DNA from: Copranaerobaculum intestinale
GTDB lineage: Bacteria; Bacillota_I; Bacilli_A; Erysipelotrichales; Erysipelotrichaceae
DNA length: 32,000 nucleotides
Reading direction: 5' to 3'
Assembly (NCBI RefSeq): GCF_009831105.1
Contig: NZ_WUUQ01000002.1
Coordinates: forward strand, 600,001-632,000
Positions 27,376 to 32,000 of the stretch are shown piece by piece (positions within the stretch are counted from its first letter, which is position 1; every line of letters starts with the position of its first letter). A model generated the notes under the pieces. That model did no database searches, had not been told where the DNA came from, and saw only the letters and a list, made by a program, of their open reading frames with translations. A program made the translations under genes and the position numbers.

Positions 27376-29232
27376 TTATTGTTCTACAACTTCCTGATCT
27401 TCATACGCTTCAATCACGTCATTTTCTTTGATATCGTTGAAATTTTCGATTGTCATACCGCAGTCATAACCGCTGGTAACTTCTTTTGCATCATTCTGGA
27501 ATCGCTTCAATGAATTCAATTTTCCTTCATATACAACAACACCGTCTCGAATCAAACGAACCTTACAGTCTTTTTTGATACAGCCATCGGTAACCATACA
27601 GCCCGCAATCGTACCAATTTTACTAACTTTATACAGCTGACGTACTTCTGCCTGACCGATGACAACCTCTTCATAAACCGGAGCAAGCATGCCCTTCATA
27701 GCTGCTTCCATCTCTTCAATCGCTTTATAAATGATGTTGTGCAGTCTGATATCAATGCCTTCTTCTTCGGCTTTTTTGCGTACAGATGCATTCGGACGAA
27801 CATTAAATCCATAGATTACCGCATTACTTGCGCTGGCCAGCATTATATCGGATTCAGTAATCGCACCGGCAGTGGAACGGATGACATTAACCTTAACCCC
27901 GGCGATATCAATACGCTCCAAAGATGCCTTAACTGCTTCCGCACTGCCCTGTACATCGGCTTTGACGATGACATTGATTTCCTGAATGTCACCTTCTTCG
28001 ATCTGACGGGCCAAATCATCGAGAGTCAGGGCACTGCTTACGCTGCGCTCCTGTTCGATCCGCTTGTTCAAACGCGTTTCGGCAATCTGCCGAGCCTTTT
28101 TCTCAGAATCAAATGCCTTGAAGATATCACCGGCTACCGGAACAGAATTCAATCCGATGATTTCCACCGGTGAAGAAGGCCCAGCCTGCTTTAATTCACG
28201 GCCGTGATCATCTACCATTTTACGAACCCTGCCGAAGCTTGTACCTACGACAACCGCATCACCGGCATGCAGCGTACCATTTTGGATCAGTAACGTCGCA
28301 ACCGGTCCGCGTCCTTTATCAAGCTTTGCTTCAATAACTGTTCCTGAAGCCATTTTATTTGGATTTGCACGGAAATCTTCAACTTCTGAAAGAACCAGAA
28401 TGGTTTCCAGGAGCTCTGGTACACCAGTACCTACTTTAGCTGAAATCTTAGTGAAGATCGTGTTGCCTCCCCACTCTTCCGGCATCAATCCATTATCACT
28501 CATTTCGCTCATGATCCGGTCGATATTTGCCTCTGCTTTATCAATTTTATTAACAGCTACAATTACCGGAACACCGGCAGCTTTCGCATGATCGATCGCC
28601 TCTTTGGTCTGCGGCATGACCCCGTCATCGGCAGCGACAACGATAATAACGACATCGGTTACTTTCGCACCGCGAGCTCGCATTGCGGTAAAGGCCTCAT
28701 GCCCAGGGGTATCCAAAAAAGTGACCTTTTTCCCTTTTACGCTGACCTGATAAGCACCGATATGCTGCGTGATTCCACCGAATTCACCTTCCGTAACATG
28801 CGCTTTACGAATCGTGTCCAAAAGCGTTGTCTTACCATGATCGACATGTCCCATGATGGTAATTACCGGAGGCCGCTCAGTTAACAGCGACGCATCTTCC
28901 TCCACATCCATCTGTTCTTCAAAATCACTCTCTTCAATAATGATTTCTTTGTGAACTTCTACATTGAATTCCATACATACAAGCTCAATCGTTTCATCAT
29001 CCAGAGTGGAATTGATGGTAACCATGTTGCCCATCATAAACAACAATTTGATGATTTCACTTGCATTACGGCCGATCTTATCAGCCAGTTCTCCTACCGT
29101 CAGGGCACTGGAATACGTCATTTCCTTGACTTCTTCACGCGGTTTGCGATTCATATTCGCGTTATTGTTGGAACGGTTGTTATTCCTTCTGTTACTGCTC
29201 TTTCTACGGTTGTTGTTATTTGGTCTTGCCAT
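27376..29232 (-). CDS. infB: translation initiation factor IF-2
   Basis: Track ORF 27376..29256. The ATG at 29232 (MARPNNNN...) follows AGGTGA and lies after the ylxQ stop. The G domain has [17 protein letters not shown] and NKID, and C-terminal domains are present. Confidence 0.96.
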   Translation of the reverse strand: MARPNNNNRRKSSNRRNNNRSNNNANMNRKPREEVKEMTYSSALTVGELADKIGRNASEIIKLLFMMGNMVTINSTLDDETIELVCMEFNVEVHKEIIIEESDFEEQMDVEEDASLLTERPPVITIMGHVDHGKTTLLDTIRKAHVTEGEFGGITQHIGAYQVSVKGKKVTFLDTPGHEAFTAMRARGAKVTDVVIIVVAADDGVMPQTKEAIDHAKAAGVPVIVAVNKIDKAEANIDRIMSEMSDNGLMPEEWGGNTIFTKISAKVGTGVPELLETILVLSEVEDFRANPNKMASGTVIEAKLDKGRGPVATLLIQNGTLHAGDAVVVGTSFGRVRKMVDDHGRELKQAGPSSPVEIIGLNSVPVAGDIFKAFDSEKKARQIAETRLNKRIEQERSVSSALTLDDLARQIEEGDIQEINVIVKADVQGSAEAVKASLERIDIAGVKVNVIRSTAGAITESDIMLASASNAVIYGFNVRPNASVRKKAEEEGIDIRLHNIIYKAIEEMEAAMKGMLAPVYEEVVIGQAEVRQLYKVSKIGTIAGCMVTDGCIKKDCKVRLIRDGVVVYEGKLNSLKRFQNDAKEVTSGYDCGMTIENFNDIKENDVIEAYEDQEVVEQ

Positions 29233-29240
29233 ATCATCAC

Positions 29241-29537
29241 CTAGCCTTTCAAGCAAGTCTGAAGCTGCAGCGCAAACCCTTTATCCAGCACCGCAACCAT
29301 CTTTCGATTGTTAGCGCCCACGGCGTTTGACAATACTTCGCTGCTCTCGATAAACACATAAGGAATCTGATAATATATGCATTTATCGATTATTTTCTTT
29401 CTCATGTTATCACCGGTATCTACGCTGATAATCACAAGTCTTGCGCGTTTGTTTTGAATACTCTTCATGACACTGTCACCCATCGCCAGCTTTCGGGCGC
29501 GGGCAGCCAGCCCCAGGATCCCCTCGACATTACTCAC
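29241..29537 (-). CDS. ylxQ: L7Ae-family RNA-binding protein YlxQ
   Basis: 98 aa between ylxR and inf[18 protein letters not shown]...ARLVIISVD is the L7Ae/YlxQ pattern. The GTG start overlaps the ylxR stop, so the start is uncertain. Confidence 0.8.
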   Translation of the reverse strand: MSNVEGILGLAARARKLAMGDSVMKSIQNKRARLVIISVDTGDNMRKKIIDKCIYYQIPYVFIESSEVLSNAVGANNRKMVAVLDKGFALQLQTCLKG

Positions 29538-29790
29538 GTTCGATCAGTTCCTTTAATTCATCATAAACAGTCTGGGGAATTTCACATTCCAGCGCTCGTG
29601 ACAACGCTTTTCGCTTCTGAGCCAATTCCAGTGCCTCCAAGCTTTTTTTTAAATAAGCACCGCGGCCGTTCATCCGTCCGGTAGTATCAATCTTAACTTC
29701 CTGCTCGGGAGTTCGAACAATTCGGATCAGCTCTTTTTTCGGGCATTGTTCCTGTGTCGCAACACATTTGCGCATTGGTATTTTACGCAT
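29530..29790 (-). CDS. ylxR: YlxR (DUF448) RNA-binding protein
   Basis: 86 aa. MRKCVATQEQCPKKELIRIVRT...GRGAYL is the DUF448 signature. The SD AGGAGGTG lies 5 nt upstream. It follows nusA. Confidence 0.88.
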   Translation of the reverse strand: MRKIPMRKCVATQEQCPKKELIRIVRTPEQEVKIDTTGRMNGRGAYLKKSLEALELAQKRKALSRALECEIPQTVYDELKELIERE

Positions 29791-29805
29791 TCCGGCACCT
29801 CCTGT

Positions 29806-31473
29806 TTATTCTTCGTAATACTCGTCGTATTCATCGAAGTCGATATCATCATTGATCCAGTCGTTTGCTTTCTCCTGGGCTTCCATACGAGCGATTTCTT
29901 CCAATTCTTCATCAGAATAAATCGGCTTCATACCATAATCCTTTTTGGTGGAATCAAAGGTAGGACGGCGATGCTCTTCGCTCTTATCCTCTTGCTTATA
30001 GCGCTTCGGACGAGCGAATTTCTCTTCCGTCTTTGCTGAAGCATTCCCGGCAAAGCGTTCCAGCTTGGATACGTATTCACGTTTCTCCTCAACCTTCAGA
30101 CCTTCCTGCCGTTTTTTCTCTTTGGCGATTCTCGCCGCGCGCTCCAGTTCGGTTTCCACCTTTTCTTTTTCTGGTTCTGTAGATTCTACAGCTTCGGCTG
30201 CCGCCGGTTCTTCAACGCTGTTTGCCGCTTCCTTCTCAGCTGCTTTCGGCGCTTCTTCCTCTGGTATCGCTGTCGGCTCCATTTCATCGAAGATCGCTTC
30301 ATCTAACGGTTCCGCAACATTCTTATCAGCTTCTTCAAAGGCTGCCTGCTGCGCCAGCAAACGTTCTTCCGCCTGCTTCTTCAGCATTTCACTCTGCATT
30401 TCCAAAGCGATGGTCTTCCAGTCGATACCCATTTCTGCCGCATCGCTTTCCGACTTGATATCAATTTTATTGCCAGTCAGCTTTACTGCCAAACGGGCAT
30501 TTTTACCCTTTTTCCCGATTGCCAATGACAACTGATTGTCACCGACGATAACCATCAGGCCTTTGCGTTCCTGATTGGGGATAACCGCCAGAATTTCCGC
30601 CGGCGCCAAAGCATTTTTAATCAGCTCTGTTACATCCTCGCTCCATTCAAAAATATCGATTTTCTCCCCGCCGAGTTCATCAATGACAACCTGTACCCGA
30701 GATCCTCTTGGACCGATGCAGGCGCCGATCGGATCGACATTTTCATTTTTTGAATATACTGCCATTTTTGTACGTTCTCCGGCATCACGGGCAATCGCAC
30801 GAATTTCGATGATTCCCTGATAGATTTCCGGTACTTCCTTTTCAAACAGCCGTTTTACCAAACTTGCATCCCCACGGGATACCAATACCTGCGCACCTTT
30901 GGTTTCACGATTGACCTCAGTGATCACCACGCGTAAGCGCTGCCCTTCATAGTAACGCTCACCGGGAATCTGGCAGGCTTTCGGCATCAATGCGAGTGTC
31001 TTGCCGATATTGACAACACAAAACTTCTCCTCGACAGATTCCACCGTACCGATGACCATTTCCTCAACCGAATCACAGTATTCATCATAGACAACCTGCT
31101 TTTCAGCTTCACGAATTTTCTGTTTCAATACGTTTTTAGCAAGAATAACCGCCGCTCTGCCCAAATTGGCAATACTGACTTCACTCTCTACCAATTCGCC
31201 CAGCTCATATTCCTGATTGATGGCCTTTGCATCCGCCAAACTGATTTCCAGTTCATCATCCTCTACGGTTTCAACAATCGTCCGCTGCTGATAAACCTTG
31301 ATTTCTCCGTTTTTATCATTAACATCTACGCGCACCAAGGCATCCGGTATTTCAATCTGTTTGCGAAACGCTTTCGCCAATGCTTCCTGCAGCGCTGCAA
31401 CAACGATTTCCTTGGAGAGCATCTTGTCTTGTTCAATCGCCTGCATCGCGTTCATAAAATCTTTTAACTTCAT
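29806..31473 (-). CDS. nusA: transcription termination/antitermination factor NusA with a long C-terminal extension
   Basis: 555 aa. Residues 1 to about 345 form the canonical NTD, S1, KH1 and KH2 (GACIGPRGSRVQ, LAIGKKGKNARLA). Residues from about 346 to 555 are an E/K/A-rich low-complexity tail. Confidence 0.95.
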   Translation of the reverse strand: MKLKDFMNAMQAIEQDKMLSKEIVVAALQEALAKAFRKQIEIPDALVRVDVNDKNGEIKVYQQRTIVETVEDDELEISLADAKAINQEYELGELVESEVSIANLGRAAVILAKNVLKQKIREAEKQVVYDEYCDSVEEMVIGTVESVEEKFCVVNIGKTLALMPKACQIPGERYYEGQRLRVVITEVNRETKGAQVLVSRGDASLVKRLFEKEVPEIYQGIIEIRAIARDAGERTKMAVYSKNENVDPIGACIGPRGSRVQVVIDELGGEKIDIFEWSEDVTELIKNALAPAEILAVIPNQERKGLMVIVGDNQLSLAIGKKGKNARLAVKLTGNKIDIKSESDAAEMGIDWKTIALEMQSEMLKKQAEERLLAQQAAFEEADKNVAEPLDEAIFDEMEPTAIPEEEAPKAAEKEAANSVEEPAAAEAVESTEPEKEKVETELERAARIAKEKKRQEGLKVEEKREYVSKLERFAGNASAKTEEKFARPKRYKQEDKSEEHRRPTFDSTKKDYGMKPIYSDEELEEIARMEAQEKANDWINDDIDFDEYDEYYEE

Positions 31474-31489
31474 GTCATTCTTTCCTTTC

Positions 31490-31960
31490 CTACAGCTTCA
31501 CCGCTAATCGAATCAGTGCTATATTATTTAAGGTAATCTGCAGTTCCTTTTTTCTGGTCTTATCCATATAAGCAACTGTGATGGTATCATCGTTCACTTC
31601 CAGCAGTGTTCCGTTTACTTCAAAGATACCTTTGGCAACAACATCCTTCAGCTTCACATAAACATACTCACCAACTGCCCGTTTCATTTCATCCAGGCTG
31701 CGAAGCTCTCGTTCCGCACCCGGTGAACAGACTTCCAGATAATATTCACCCGGTATCACATCTTTTTCATCAAGCAGTGCCGAGATCAGCTGTGACATTT
31801 CCGCACAGCTGTCAATATCCATCGTTCCATCCTTGCGCATTATGGAAACCTGCAGTATATGCATATTGTTTTCCTGCTTCCAGCAAAGATCGTACAGCAA
31901 CAGATCATGCTTTGCCAAAAGTGCTTCAATCCAAGGCTTCATCACCATTATTTGATCCAT
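31490..31960 (-). CDS. rimP: ribosome maturation factor RimP
   Basis: Track ORF 31490..31978. The ATG at 31960 (MDQIMVMKP...) has AAAGGAG 6 nt upstream. It is about 156 aa, contains LEVCSPGAERELR, and is the first gene of the nusA-infB operon. Confidence 0.9.
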   Translation of the reverse strand: MDQIMVMKPWIEALLAKHDLLLYDLCWKQENNMHILQVSIMRKDGTMDIDSCAEMSQLISALLDEKDVIPGEYYLEVCSPGAERELRSLDEMKRAVGEYVYVKLKDVVAKGIFEVNGTLLEVNDDTITVAYMDKTRKKELQITLNNIALIRLAVKL

Positions 31961-32000
31961 ATTTCGCTCCTTTTGCATAAGAGAAGGAGTGGGATAACCC

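Noticed and set aside
30065-30535. 156-aa Ser/Ala-rich plus-strand ORF, and the 78-aa ORF at 30222..30458
   Set aside because: They are antisense to the GAA/GCN-rich NusA tail. The Ser/Ala richness is just the complement of Glu/Ala codons.
1-32000. Search for CRISPR arrays, tRNA/rRNA genes, IS elements or transposases, integrases, toxin-antitoxin pairs, restriction-modification or other defence systems
   Set aside because: I saw no repeat-spacer periodicity, no cloverleaf-like conserved tRNA boxes in the intergenic regions, and no ORF with transposase, integrase, nuclease-ATPase or methyltransferase signatures. All large ORFs are accounted for by housekeeping families.

Overview
This is a core chromosomal segment of a Bacillota (Firmicutes) genome. 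It is almost entirely housekeeping and is transcribed mostly from the minus strand.

Gene order, minus strand unless marked (+):
- aspS (partial), hisS, and a T-box leader
- rel
- apt and recJ
- a comN-like gene
- a MOP-family flippase (+)
- a DUF421 gene
- a yrzE-like gene (+)
- a UPF0597 L-cysteine-desulfidase-like gene, ruvB and ruvA
- xth
- obg, rpmA, prp and rplU, with a leader and promoter
- a visibly AT-richer islet of about 2.2 kb, holding a GNAT acetyltransferase (+) and an orphan lipoprotein gene preceded by two unannotated sORFs
- parC and parE
- plsY (+), a yczE-like gene (+) and a P-type ATPase (+)
- rbfA, infB, ylxQ, ylxR, nusA and rimP

The first 13 kb matches my memory of the Bacillus subtilis hisS-aspS / relA / apt-recJ / comN-spoVB-yrbG-yrzE / ruvAB neighbourhood, with several genes missing (dtd, secDF, queA-tgt-yajC). 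That collinearity supports the weaker calls.

Several ORF-track starts are N-terminally over-extended. I moved them to the ATG or GTG that has a Shine-Dalgarno sequence.

I found no rRNA or tRNA genes, CRISPR array, transposase, integrase, phage genes or recognisable defence genes. I do not see a convincing novel multi-gene system here.

The most unusual things are modest:
1. A small cassette in the AT-rich islet, reading promoter, 22-codon sORF, 35-codon signal-peptide-like sORF, ATGA-coupled orphan lipoprotein.
2. A T-box whose specifier position reads GACAC, that is overlapping Asp and His codons, in front of a hisS-aspS operon.
3. An orphan mini transcription unit between two terminators downstream of rel.
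4. A roughly 210-residue acidic low-complexity tail on NusA.
5. ORF-free stretches of about 350 to 530 bp flanking the islet.
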